From NCBI RefSeq assembly GCF_006345805.1, contig NC_043007.1, positions 3,162,001-3,226,000 of the forward strand: a stretch of 64,000 nucleotides of DNA. The letters run 5' to 3'. Made by a program: the position numbers and the translations under genes. The notes beneath the pieces were generated by a model. It was not told the DNA's origin. It saw only the letters and a program-made list of their open reading frames with translations, and searched no databases. The DNA is from Octopus sinensis. Taxonomy: Eukaryota. Positions within the stretch are counted from its first letter, which is position 1. Every line of letters begins with the position of its first letter. Positions 12,152-25,001 of the stretch are shown one piece after another.

Positions 12152-12257
12152 ATAAATTTATCAATTTACTTATATGGAAAAGAAAACAGTATTTCATCCA
12201 GAAATAAAAGTATTTTAAAATATCTCATCAAATACATTATGGCTGGGAGATAACAGT

Positions 12258-12740
12258 TTACTCGAAGTAACTGTCCTCGCCTTCCACCACTGCTTCAGGA
12301 CTATTCCGGAACGAGGCTCAAGCGTTCCTCACAGTATCCCTAGGAAGATCTTCGAAAACGTCCTTGATTTTAGCCACCGGCTTGACCTTGGTGTTGCAGG
12401 CAGTGCGATTGGTGTCTTTCTCAATCGAAGTAACGAAGAGGTCAGACATTTGGCTGGCGAAGTCGCAGAAATTTTTCGACAACTACAACTGACTCTTTAG
12501 GGGTATGGTGAGGATCGAAATCCTGATACTACACATATGGTCTTACAGCGGCAACCCTCTTCAGCCAGGTTTTGTCTACAGTCTCCAGCAGCTTCACATA
12601 GCCGCCTGAACTGAACCTAAGTCTCTGTACAAAGATATGGGGATTAATTGTGGCGCGTGGACGCAGTCTGAAGGCCCAGTGTGCCCCTTCCAGCCCACAC
12701 GATTTCATAGTCTTTGTTGAAACTGTCCATATCACGTCTT
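12258..12740 (-). mobile_element. Tc1/mariner (maT/DD37D-like) transposase C-terminal remnant
   Basis: PHIFVQRLRFSSGGYVKLLETVDKTWLKRVAAVRPYV*..QD, then EKDTNRTACNTKVKPVAKIKDVFEDLPRDTVRNA*ASFRNSPEAVVEGEDSYFE*. Same family as 30400-31112. Confidence 0.8.
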
Positions 12741-13084
12741 ACAACCTTTACAGGGTTCACAGCGTATTGAACAGCAGTCAGCTACAGATTTAATGTCTAT
12801 TCGGTGTCGGTTAACCACTATGTCAAGCTGTTCCTCTAAATATGGAGACATAAATAATCTTGAAATTTAGCCCGTACGGGAATGTTAGACGCAGCTATTT
12901 AATAAGAGAGATCTGCTGGAAGATTGCATAGTAATTCCATTTAAGTAGTGAGAATTGTAGATAATGTGCAAAATGTAACTGAGAAGACGGAGAAGATTGC
13001 AGCCTCCGTACAAACATTACAACTTCGCAGTTGATTATTTATTTTATTTGTGTGTTATTATTATGTTATGGTATTTATGTAAGT

Positions 13085-13466
13085 GGAGGCGCAATGGCCC
13101 AGTGGTTAGGGCAGCGGACTCGTGGTCATAGGATCGCGGTTTCGATTCCCAGACTGGGCGTTGTGAGTGTTTATTGAGCGAAAACACCTAAAAGCTCCAC
13201 GAGGCTCCGGCAGGGGATGGTGGTGATCCCTGCTGTACTCTTTCACCACAACTTTCTCTCACTCTTACTTCCTGTTTCTGTTGTGCCTGTATTCCAAGGC
13301 CCCGGCCTTGTCACTCTCTGTGTCACGCTGAATATCCCCGAGAACTACGTTAAGGGTGCACGTGTCTGTGGAGTGCTCAGCCACTTACACGTTAATTTCA
13401 CGAGCAGGCTGTTCCGTTGATTCGGATCAACCGGAGCCCTCGTCGTCGTAACGGACGGAGTGCTTC
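13085..13466 (+). mobile_element. tRNA-derived SINE, family C
   Basis: A box TGGCCCAGTGG, B box GTTTCGATTCC. The 3' half recurs at about 40640-40845 and 55130-55240. Confidence 0.85.
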
Positions 13467-16111
13467 CCCCTATGGTATTTATGTTATAGTAAATATGAAA
13501 ATCACAATGTCGCCGCAAAACTATTGAATAAGATGGAGAAATGCTTAATTGCTGAAAGGTCAATACTTGATGTTTATATTTATTATCAACTTTGCTTACT
13601 AACTTAGCAAAGGGATTTTTGCTATGAGAACGAAATAAGCGACCACTTGTTCTGGAGATGTTCTTCGTTGTATTATGCCAGTTAATAAGTTGTCAAAAAT
13701 GTCACAATGAACGTTAAAATAGGAATAAATTCATAAGCAAACAGAATCTGACAGAGATATAAATCAACCCGGATTCAGGATTGATTACGCAGAAATCAAG
13801 GAGAAATACTTTAAGCATGCAACTAGAGAAAAAAATGGCGTGTGTGTGTTCCATTAATGAATAAGAAAAGCAATAAAATTCTACGTAGTTCTTATAGACC
13901 AAGATGACATATTCTTTAACAGAACGATACGTTGAACCGGATAATCATTTGTATATCTATGTGTGTACATATATACGTGTTATGGATGGACGGATGGGTG
14001 GATGGAATCACAAACACTCACACACACACACATATAAATGAAACAAGATTAAGAATAAACATAAATTTTATGTTGTGTCTAATAAATTAAGCAAGTAAGA
14101 AGATTCTTGAGGGAAAGCCAAACAGAAATCAATGGACTAGAAGATGAGTCTGTGTCGCATTCTTGTAATTCTGAAGAGTATGTGACCCCCCCCCCCACAC
14201 ACACACATACACACAAGGTATCGAATTGACCGAGCCATTACGACTTTGAATAGAAATATCTTGTGGTATTCGATCTGGCACTTTGCACTCTGAGTTCAAA
14301 TCCACCCGAGTTCAAAGCTAACAGTCCTTTCCATTCTTCCGGCATTGATAAATAAAATATTAGTTATTTTCTACTGTTTTTGGAAGAAAGAGACTCCAGC
14401 CAGACTCGGAGACGAACACGAACCGCCAGATTTATATGTGCATTACATGCTGTATGTGACGAGGCGCCAAAGATTTTTGGGATCTAAGAATACGACATCA
14501 CATCTCCATCTAACAGCTTTCTGCATTGGATTGTTTCCAGTGGTGTTCCCACTGATTTTATTACATACCTCTTCAGATCCATTTGTTTCGGAAGCGAATG
14601 CTACAAGTTAACAAGACACTAATATGTTGCAATAGACAACCGATTCTTATTGCGCCGAAATGTAATGTTTGTATAATCTAAATACGGAGTATTGGACCTA
14701 TTACGCTGAATGTTAATGAATTCGACTTTATCAATTTCACGTCGACGAACTACGAAAACTTTAAGCATAAAATTAAGACATTTATGGAACTTTCTACTCA
14801 AATTGATTACTGCTGCTCCGGAATATAAACATTCTTGATGGAATTAAACAGGAATTGAAGCAAATGTATTTATTCTGCTCCTGGCATACATAGCTTAAAA
14901 TGATAGAATTTTCAAGTTCTCACGTCTAATACATGATTGGGATAGAGTATCCGAAGGTTCGTTCCTTAGCTCCGACATACGAATGTACGCAGAATGATAC
15001 TCATAATCTTGTAGACTTTCATCGCTGTGGTTGTATACAAATAATCGACAGGAGTGGCTGTGTGGTAAGTAGCTTGCATGACCACTCTCTGGATTTAGTG
15101 ATGAATGTACTTTACAGCGTCGTGCTTGGTGTATTTTTGGACCTTCAAGAGTGACCTACGGTTTTCAAATACAGTTTCAGTAAATTAAATACTTGGGCAA
15201 TTTTATTTTTTCTTCTCAAGCGGTTCTGGAGACAAATAGACCATAAAGATGCTTGCACATAGGGAGATATACACACACTCATAACGCACACCCACGTGCG
15301 CATATACCCCCATCCACCCCCACCCACACACACATACACGTAAACATATGTATGTTAGTGTGTGCATAAATATGTGTGTGTATCCGACTGTCTTCTGTAC
15401 AGTTTCCGTCTAGCCGATTCACTTTCAAGGAATCGATTTGCCTGTGGATACTGGAGAGGATATTTGACCATGGTGCAACGGAGCGGAACTCAAACCAAAA
15501 TCTCGAGACTGCGAAATGAATAACTGAACCACCGTGCCACTCCAGTGATTTCTCAACAAATGTTCTTAAAAATTGGCATAAATATCCAAAATCAAATTAC
15601 AGAATCGATGTGCGTAGAATAAAATCGAAGTCGAAGGTTTTTCTGGAGAAATATCTGTATATATCCTAACGTACATACCCAAAACGGATACACATACACA
15701 CACGCTGTTTATATAAGTTTCGAAGTTATCGAATGGTCACCGTGATAGCAGCAACAACTATTGACAGACATCATTATCTATAGACTTTCGGTTTGTATAT
15801 TTTCAATGAACGCTTCATTACGCTTCATTAGTGCTTCTAACACGAAAGACTAATGTTTAAAATTTTGTTATAAATTAAGTGATTTAAATCTAAGAACAAA
15901 AATTTGATTCTAATATTTGGCAAACTAGCAAGGCTACAGCTAATTAAATATGAAAACCAAAATTTTCTTCCCAACAAAATTATACTAATATATACAGGTG
16001 CATGCACGCGTGTGTTGGCGTGTATGTATGTGTGTAAATAAATATATCTTGTATTGATATTTGATGATAAAGCTGACCACACATTACCTAATAAAACATA
16101 TATATATATAT

Positions 16112-16531
16112 ACTCTTTTACTCTTTTACTCTTTTACTTGTTTCAGTCATTTGACTGCGGCCATGCTGGAGCACCGCCTTTAATCGAGCAAATCGACCCC
16201 AGTACTTATTCTTTTGTAAGCCCAGTACTTATTTTATCGGTCTCTTTTGCCGAACCGCTAAGTAACGGGGACATAAACACACCAGCATCGGTTGTCAAAC
16301 AATGCTAGGGTGACAAACACAGACACACAAACACATACACACACACATATATATATATATACATATATACGACAGGCTTCTTTCAGTTTCCGTCTACCAA
16401 ATCCACTCACAAGGCTTTGGTCGGCCCGAGGCTATAGTAGAAGACACTTACCCAAGGTGCCACGCAGTGGGACTGAACCCGGAACCATGTGGTTGGTAAA
16501 CAGCTACTTACCACACAGCCACTCCTGCGCC
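16112..16531 (-). mobile_element. tRNA-derived SINE, family B (internal microsatellite), full length
   Basis: Head GGCGCAGGAGTGGCTGTGTGGTAAG..GGTTCAGTCCC, internal (TA)/(TG) tract, tail GGCGGTGCTCCAGCATGGCCGCAGTC..(GAGTAAAA)n. Partial copies lie near 15385-15545, 25975-26095, 32330-32545, 38890-39058, 45925-46030, 56975-57127 and 60905-61030. Confidence 0.9.
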
Positions 16532-16537
16532 TATATA

Positions 16538-16575
<38 letters not shown>

Positions 16576-16589
16576 TTAATGGGTTAAAA

Positions 16590-16653
16590 CGACAAGAGAA
16601 AAAACAACAACGCGAGGACGTGCTGCATGCAAAACTTTAATAAGACGCTCGAA

Positions 16654-16710
<57 letters not shown>

Positions 16711-16820
16711 AGGAAAGAAAGAAAGAAAGAAAGTGTGTTTTACGTTTCGAGTAAAGTTCTTCTTCTGAAACAGGAGAGAGAGGAAAGTTCAAAAGGAAAG
16801 GAAGAAGAAGGAGCATAAAT
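16590..16820 (-). mobile_element. Penelope-type pLTR-like fragment with a degenerate hammerhead (16737-16771)
   Basis: Homologous to 20030-20200 (ACAACAACGCGAGGACGTG..GACGCTC). Minus strand reads gttt CAGAAGA a gaac ttt actc GAAAC GTA aaac. Confidence 0.6.
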
Positions 16821-16947
16821 GCGCCAACAGTTCACATGTAGTTACACTTTGGAATATATGTATATATACATATATTATATTGGTAAAAACGGTAAGATAA
16901 CAAAAGAAAGAGAGACCTCAATATTATGCAAACAGAGGAAATTTATC

Positions 16948-17103
16948 TGTAAATTAATATGTTACCATTATTCAATAGCCAAGATAAAACTCTGAGTTTC
17001 GGATGCCGAGGTGGAAATCCACAACACCATCTCTTCGGTTATCTGCATCCGAAACCCAGAGTTTTATCTTGGCTATTGAATAATGGTAACATATTAATTT
17101 ACA
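16948..17103 (-). other. 59-bp fold-back inverted repeat overlapping a type I hammerhead motif (16982-17044)
   Basis: Arms 16948-17006 and 17045-17103 match at 58 of 59 positions. Minus strand reads agataa CCGAAGA gatg..gtggatttccac..catc c GAAA ctc a gag TT ttatct. Confidence 0.75.
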
Positions 17104-17153
17104 TATATACATATACATATATATATATGTATATATATATATTATATATATAT

Positions 17154-17196
<43 letters not shown>

Positions 17197-17203
17197 GTAT
17201 ATG

Positions 17204-17305
<102 letters not shown>

Positions 17306-17439
17306 TATATATATATAACTATCGACGTCATAATAATTCTATAAACATTTCAACGGAACGTGAGCTAATTGTTTTTGGTTATATCTCGAAGCGCACACAT
17401 TACACTATGAATAATAGCAAGTATGTATTGGGCTGAAGA

Positions 17440-18060
17440 ATCCATTGGGAAATGAATGCTTGTAAGTATACATTTAATATTCCACTTAATCAGATGAGAG
17501 CGAAATTTTGTGGCGGAAGGATAACTGTGTTTGATGGTCTGTACGGATCGTAGATGACTGAACAGAATGCATGTGATGAGAGAATTGAGGCAAGGTTGTC
17601 TGAGTAGAGAAAGCAGAAATCCAATCAACTTCAACAAACCGAGGTCATTCATGTAAGGGGCAATACATCTACAAGTATGGGTCTCAATGTGCTTGAGTAA
17701 ATTAATTCCAGAGTTCCCTTTGACTTCATGTAGTTGAGGGTATATATGCCTATATATGCTGCACCAGCCAATAATTGGGAGCGGTGTTTCATCACAGTCC
17801 CAGTTGATCCCTTTTAAAATGCTAATAGGTGTTCAGGACGAGCGCAGTTTCTCAGTCTGTAATAAAGAGGCCAGGCTTTGAGATGCAGTCTTTTCCATAT
17901 TAGGTTTGCCTGTTCAGTAAATGAGATCCCAATGATACTGAAGATTTTGAAGCAATCGCTGGTTGTATACTCTTTTGTAAGGGTGGGATTTGAAGTCCAA
18001 TTGTTTGATGCTGGCGAAGGAGATAAGATTAGCATAAGTCAAGTGGTGTATGTTTATGAA
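17440..18060 (-). mobile_element. Old jockey/CR1-group LINE, RT C-terminal remnant
   Basis: Fragments CFKIFSIIGISFT..LIWK and RLRNCARPEHLLAF*K resemble the 'ILGxxFxxxLxW ... PEQLLxLYKxxxRP' region. Many stops and frameshifts. Confidence 0.5.
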
Positions 18061-18383
18061 ACAGTAATTAGTGATTTGACGTAATGTGTCGAGTTTGCTT
18101 GGGGATGGAGCTTCGTTTTGGAAGATGAGGAAAGAATGAAGGCTTCTGTTACCTGCATTACACTGGACGTTGCTGAAGACGACAACAACTAAGACGACAA
18201 TGCTGATGCAAGAAGGAAGAGTGCAATGAACAAAACAAGTTCTGACCCACGGGTCACAGACGATTTGAGAAGCGTATGACGCAATTTTGCGATCTATCCA
18301 AAACACCAGCGCTCTTATCAATGACCAAAATATAAATTTAAAACATGGTAATTAATATACTTCAAAATGTGTGTGCGTGGGTG

Positions 18384-18421
<38 letters not shown>

Positions 18422-19550
18422 TGTGTGTGTATTTTGGTGTGTGTGTGTTTTGAGTGCGACTTCGTGTTCGTATCTGAAATACATATTTTTGTTGTTGCAG
18501 TCATTCTATGACCAGTAAAATAGAAATCTAACAAGCAGTTGTCCGTCAAACAAACACGAGGTTCTTCAAAAGACTGAAGTAGTTTAAAGCAATGCTCAAA
18601 TCCGTTTGCTGTCCAGCGACTAAAACCCATAACAAAGTTTATGTATGGGTGTGTTTGTATGTGGCCGGGTGCCCTCGTTAAAAGTATTTTCGTGATATAA
18701 ACTTCTCAATCTTTGAGTTTAACATTCTATAATTAAATTAATTAACATATGGTTCAAATCTATATTTTCGCTATTGATTAGGTCATAAATAATTAATTTT
18801 CAAAGATCTTTTGTCAAAATGAGTTCTATATCGAAAAACTAATATACTGCGATGGAATTTAATATCATATAACGCTGGACAAATCACAATAGTCTGGGTC
18901 ACACGTTTATGAGTGAAAATAGTCAAGTTTGAGGTTTCGTGTTATTTCATAAAGCTTAGCTGTTTAATTAAAATTTATTGGCACAAACTATTAACTTTGG
19001 CAGAAAATAGATTCTTGCAGATATACTTGACCGATTATGAAGAAATGCATATTTGTATTTTGGGGTCTTCATTATTGCATGCCAATTACTATTTTGTAAA
19101 AGTTATTGATGAGGTTAAAACTATTTTATTTCTTTCTAAGGTCATCTAAATTCCGATCATTCCTAAGTTCTCGAGCAAATTATAGTTATTTAGTTCCAAC
19201 TTCTAGCTCATCTAATAGCCATTCTAACATTCTCGTAGTTGATGCGAGCATCCTTCATTATTTAAGTCGATTACAGGGTTTTAGTTATCATTTCTTGCAG
19301 AGTTTAGTTATCATTTCAAATTGTTCAGATTCTAATGGAATCTGAACGATTTCAAATTTCGATTTTTACAGCCGATCAGCCGGGTTTTCGTGGTGTTTGT
19401 AGTATTTTCTATGGTCATTGAAATGATGTCAGAGACGCCTAAAGTTCTTGCATGCCTTTGATGGCAGTAGGGGGATTTGTATTTCTAGCCGTTCAAGGAA
19501 CCATCTCTATTTATTTACTACGACACTTTGTGTGTTTTTCTTAATATTCA

Positions 19551-19581
<31 letters not shown>

Positions 19582-19744
19582 ATGGCGGTGCCCCAGCATG
19601 GCCACAGCTCATTAGCTGAAACTGGAAAAATCAAATCAAAATCAAATCATATATATATAATAATAATAATAAATATTAGGGAATAAATCCAAATTTACAG
19701 GGAAAATCAGATTTAGGATTGAATCCAATTTTATAGTAAAATAT

Positions 19745-19972
19745 TATATAATATTAATTAGAGACAAAACCACTATTATGCAAATCAAACAAAGAAAGAC
19801 TTAATCCAATACATAAAAAATTTTATATAAATTAAATATAATTAAGATATCCACTACGATCGTTTCTTGTCACTTCTATGGACATTCATCAGGTGGTTTC
19901 AAGACCTTATTTGCAAGTTTTAAACTATGAGGTAAATTTGTTTGATTTGCATAATAGTGGTTTTGTCTCTAA

Positions 19973-19985
<13 letters not shown>
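19745..19985 (-). mobile_element. Penelope-type element end: perfect 49-bp inverted repeat enclosing a type I hammerhead
   Basis: 19745-19793 is the exact reverse complement of 19937-19985. The right arm runs into (TA)n. Confidence 0.75.
19851..19896 (-). ncRNA. Minimal type I hammerhead ribozyme motif with a fully intact catalytic core
   Basis: ccac CTGATGA a tgtc catagaagt gaca a GAA ACGATCGT A gtgg. Helix I has 4 bp, helix II has 4 bp, helix III is the palindrome ACGATCGT, and the triplet is GUA. Confidence 0.8.
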
Positions 19986-20013
<28 letters not shown>

Positions 20014-20029
20014 ATCCAAACATGAAAAC

Positions 20030-20200
20030 ACAAAGAGAAAACACAACAACGCGAGGACGTGCAACAAGTATAGTATTATTGGACGCTCAGGAAAGAAGGG
20101 AAGAAGGAGGGTTTAACGTTTCGAGCGGAGCTCTTCGTCGGAAACATAGGAAAAGGAAAGATCCAAAGAAGGGAAGGCGGAGGAAAAAAATCGACAACGG
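20030..20200 (-). mobile_element. Penelope-type pLTR-like fragment with a hammerhead motif (20111-20145)
   Basis: Minus strand reads gttt CCGACGA a gagc tcc gctc GAAAC GTT aaac. Homologous to 16590-16820, with looser relatives at about 58190-58290 and 60600-60690. Confidence 0.7.
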
Positions 20201-20243
20201 CACACACACACATATATATATATACACGCATATATATATATCA

Positions 20244-20345
20244 TTATTCAGTTCATTTCAAGATTTCTTGCCAATAGACTAAGAACCGGTTTCTAACCTT
20301 GATCCAAGGCTCCTTCAGTGGAATTTGAACATCAACAACAGTGTA
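20244..20345. repeat. Unclassified interspersed repeat; inverted homologue at about 36515-36612
   Basis: CAAGATTTCTTGCCAATAGA..GAACCGGTTTCTAACC..GATCCAAGGCTCCTTCA..GGAATTTGAA matches the reverse complement at 36.5 kb. Confidence 0.8.
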
Positions 20346-20813
20346 TTTTTGTTTTATTTGTAAGTATTTATGTATGTATGTGCATGCGAGTGAGTGCTCG
20401 ATAGATTCGATGAGAGTTAAACATACTTTTATTCAAAACAAATTTATTCGGGACCATGCCACTTCAAGTTTCTCGAGCTTCTCACAGAAACCCGATTCGT
20501 TCAGGTTCAAGTTACCGAATGCGATAATCTGAGCCTGAACGAGCTAGGTTTGTGAAAGAATCCCGCTGACTTTTAAGTCGTATGGAACCGAATCAAACTG
20601 CTTTAAATAATAGTATTGTGTGTGTGTGTGTGTGTGTTTGTGTGTGTTTGAAAAGTTTTATCGAAAACGCTCACACACTAAGAAAAATATTTCTTCCAAA
20701 ACATGTTAGTAACGTCCTAATAAAAATTTTATAACTTTAAAAAATAATTTATTTTAAATCTCCTTTATACTTAAAAACTGTATTAAATAATTTTTCACAA
20801 ATACTTTGATATA

Positions 20814-21187
20814 CAGTAGAATCCTGCTGTACGAATTACTCGCATTACGAGTAATTTGCTGTACGAGCTGAGATCGTGCGAATTTTCGTCTTGAAGTACA
20901 AGCGGAAATCCGCAGTACGAGAACCCAAATCGTCGCATCTTTAAGGTAATTCCATTAATAAAACCAGTATACATATTTCTTTTGTATAATTGTCATTTTA
21001 CTTGTAACTAAATCTTTTCTGTTTTAAAACCCATAAAAAATTCTTTTATGAGTGTTTTGGTGGTCCTGGAACAGAATTATTATATTTTAGTCAATTTCAA
21101 CGGGGAAAATTGATTTGTAAAACGAGTAAATCATAGAGACTAGCTCGGTCATGGAACGAATTAAACTCGTATTTCGAGATATCACTG
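20814..21187. mobile_element. pogo/Tigger-like MITE
   Basis: Ends are TA|CAGTAG... and ...CACTG|TA, with degenerate TIRs containing TACGA/TCGTA and a TA target duplication. No ORF. Confidence 0.65.
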
Positions 21188-21210
21188 TATACTCACACAC
21201 ACTCACTCAC

Positions 21211-21243
<33 letters not shown>

Positions 21244-21350
21244 TGTATGTATGTAGTATGTATGTATGTATGTATGTGTATATATATATATGTATATATA
21301 TATACACACATACACATATATTTGCACATATAGATAATTAGATTTATATA

Positions 21351-21389
<39 letters not shown>

Positions 21390-22359
21390 TATGTGTGTGT
21401 GCACATATGTATGTGCGTATGTATGTATGTGCAGACCTTTACTTCCATTAAATAGCCAAATTGTCTCTGCCAGAGTGGCTTTATGCATAGTATTTTTGCG
21501 TGTATCGGAACTTATGAATTTGGTTAAACATCAAGAGCACACTTGATAAAAGCATGAACATCACAGCTAACTATATACAGCGAACTAAAATATATATACA
21601 TATTTGTGACTGGGCAAAATTAACAATGCACAATAATAAAAATCATCGTCATCTTCGTCAACGCCATCATCAGTATTAGTAGCACCAGCTGCAGCAGCGG
21701 CCGTAGTAGTTGTAGTGGTAGTAGTAGTAGTAGTAGTAGTATCGCCTTTTCTGTCCATAGTCTACATATCTAACTTGTATACTTTTATCTGAAATCAACC
21801 AGTTTTCGTTGCATTTATACTTAAAGTTCAGTTGTCTAACGATACCCACTCTAACGAGTTAACTTTTAAGAACAACCGGTATTGTATTATGAAATACTCG
21901 GCATTGAATTGGTATTTCTGTATTATGAAAAGTGCATCGAATCGGTATAAAAGAGCGGGAAAGATATTGTCATAATCCTTGTGGTATTTCCACGTTCATT
22001 TCTAGAGAATAATGCTAATTGATCTCCTTGTGACGTGATTTGAATGTACGAATTCGTTGACCTTCTTCGCTTTTAAATGTAGTGAAAAAATATTACCCAA
22101 CCGAAGATGATATATTTCTAATAACCAGAACACAAGGGTATAATGGAATGGCAGACACACTGGTAGAATCGATGTAATTGCAAGACGAAGTTATGTGAGT
22201 ATTTATCTGTCTTTACGTTCAAAGCTCAAATCATCGCGTGGCAATCACAGTGTTCCGGAAAGAGCTCGACCGATTGGATCAATGATACGCCATCCCTATA
22301 TATCTGGGGTAGCTTGCTAAATTTCGAAGTCAATATCTATTTAATAATGGCTGTTATTA

Positions 22360-22945
22360 GGCGGCGAGCTGGCAGAAACGTTAGCACGCCGGGCGAAATA
22401 CTTAGTGGTATTTTGTCTTGCCGTTATGTTCTGAGTTCAAATTCCACCGAGGTCGACTTTGCCTTTCATCCATTCGGGGTCGATTAAATAAGTGCTAGTT
22501 ACGCACTGGTGTCGATGTAATTGACGTAATCCATTTGTCTGTCCTTGTTCGTCCCCACTGTTTTTAGCCCCTTGTGGGTAGTAAAGAAATAGGTATTTCG
22601 TCTGCCGTTACCTTCTGAGTTTAAATTCTGCCGAGGTTGACTTTGCCTTTCATCCTTTCGAGGTCGATAATCTAAGTACAAGTTACGCACTGGGGTCGAT
22701 ATAATCGGCTTAATCCATCTGTCTGTCCTTATTTGTCACCTCTGTGTTTAACCCCTTGTGGACAGTAAAGAAACAGGTATTTCGTCTGTCTTTACGTTCT
22801 GGGTTCAAATTCCGCCGGGGCTGATTTTGCGTTTCATTTTATCGGATTCAGTAAAAGAAGTACCAGTGAAACAGTGAAATCGATGTAATCGACTTACCCG
22901 CTTCCTTTGAAATTGCTGGCCTTATGCCAACATTTGAAATCGTTG
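22360..22945 (+). mobile_element. SINE family A head-to-tail trimer
   Basis: One full unit followed by two headless units that restart at GGTATTTCGTCTG (about 22592 and 22776); period about 184 bp. Confidence 0.85.
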
Positions 22946-24687
22946 TTGTTTAGCTGGTAGGTTTGTTTCTCCAGTCACGCTTCACATCGTATGGAGAGAC
23001 CGTAAAAAAGAGATACAGTTTTAACTTAAGTGATGCAGGCTGGGCATCTTATTACTTTCTGAAAAACTCACCTTTTTTTTTATGAAATTTTCCTCTCATA
23101 AATTTTAGACGGAACAGATTGCGATTATGTTGAAAAAACCTAGAAAACTAATAACATATTTATTGCAAATATTGTAATGAAAACTTTTTTTGTATTAAAT
23201 TTTATTTCGAAGTAATATTTTTTAAAACTTAGTATTTATTTCATCATTTTATTTAAGCACCAAGAAATTTCATAAAGTTAAAATATAATTATTTTATGTT
23301 TGATATATTTCCTGATATTTCCTATGGCAGCCAAAGTAAACTTTCAAAGTTACCCGTCATGTGAGGGTAATCTAACAGGTGTTGTCGATGGATTCAATAT
23401 AGATTGCTTTAAAATTTAATTAATTATTCTTAATTTAAGTGCAGCGGACTAGGATAACTATTAAAGCTTAAGAATAAAGGTTTTGTGATACATTTTACGA
23501 TACTTTATGTTCTGAGTTCAAATCCTGTCGGTAACTTTACCTTTAACCTTGCTAGATCGATAAAATACATTATAACTGAAGTACTCTGGTCGATGTAACT
23601 GACAAACCTCCACTCCTCAGAATTACCGGAATCTGCCTAAATTAGAAACGAATTTCGGTCGATTGGTAGAATCGTTAGAAATGAAGGAGACCATGTTTCA
23701 TACACGAGTTAATCTTTTTTGGCTGATTGTCTTTTTTAATTTGTTAGCGTCAGTACCGTATTTGTTAATATATTTGAAAATTCTTCTCGTTGTCTTCGCC
23801 AGTAAGACTCAATTATATGCATTATTAATAAAATAACTTTACTCATGAGTTGTGGTTATCATGAAGAGTTTGAAGCTGACAACCAAAAGGATGATGTTAT
23901 GCAAAAAAATAATCAATTCCAGAGGAGACTATTGTTCATTGCAATGTTAAATATGTTATTGATGCTGACCGATGAGGCTGTATCCACCTGATTCTTTTTT
24001 CATTCCGTTAACATCACTGATGTTCCCCTCTATATCATCGAAATAAGCCTGAAGTTCGATAATGTTGAAAATATTGACCACTGATATGGCCAATGTAACA
24101 ATACACGTCATTAATTCTTATCCGTAGCTGAAAGACTAATCAGGACGTGCTTTGCTAATATCCAATATTAAATGACAACCATCCATTTAGAATTCTCATT
24201 AAAGCCACCAATTCCCTGTCTAACCTTCCTAAAGTCACTGAAAAAAAAATCAAGGACACAATTTTATCAAACTGTGACCTTCAATCATGGCGAACTACAC
24301 AACTACACATTCAATCAAGTAGCTGTGAAAAGCGATAGGGAGCCTTCCAGTCCAATGGTATTAGTAAACCAAAGTCAACATACTAATTCCAGCGGATCTT
24401 ACAGATGTTTCCCAATGATGAAACTCAAAAGGAAAATGGCAAACATGTCGTCGATGTAATGATTGCTTCATTCGAAAACCTTTTTGTTTATAAAACAACG
24501 TATATTATGTAAATACAAGTAATAAACGATAAGAAATGTATATATATATATATATTCTGCTTATAAAACGTTTACTTTAATTTCAAATAGCGTTTACATT
24601 TCTTTAACTTATTTATTTCATACAATTATGTTTCGATGAATGAAGATATTTAATCTCTTTCTAAATTAAAAGTTCACATGATATATA

Positions 24688-24728
<41 letters not shown>

Positions 24729-24928
24729 GTATGTATGTGTGAGAGTGTAGTGTGTTTGGATGTATGTATAACTATATGTTTGTTTGTGTATGTATAAACA
24801 TATATATATATATATATATATACATATAACACATTTTATTATATTTCATAGATATATACACATTAGTATATATTAAAATAAATATTTGCATACATGAATG
24901 CATATTACTTTTATTGTTGTAGATATCC

Positions 24929-25001
<73 letters not shown>

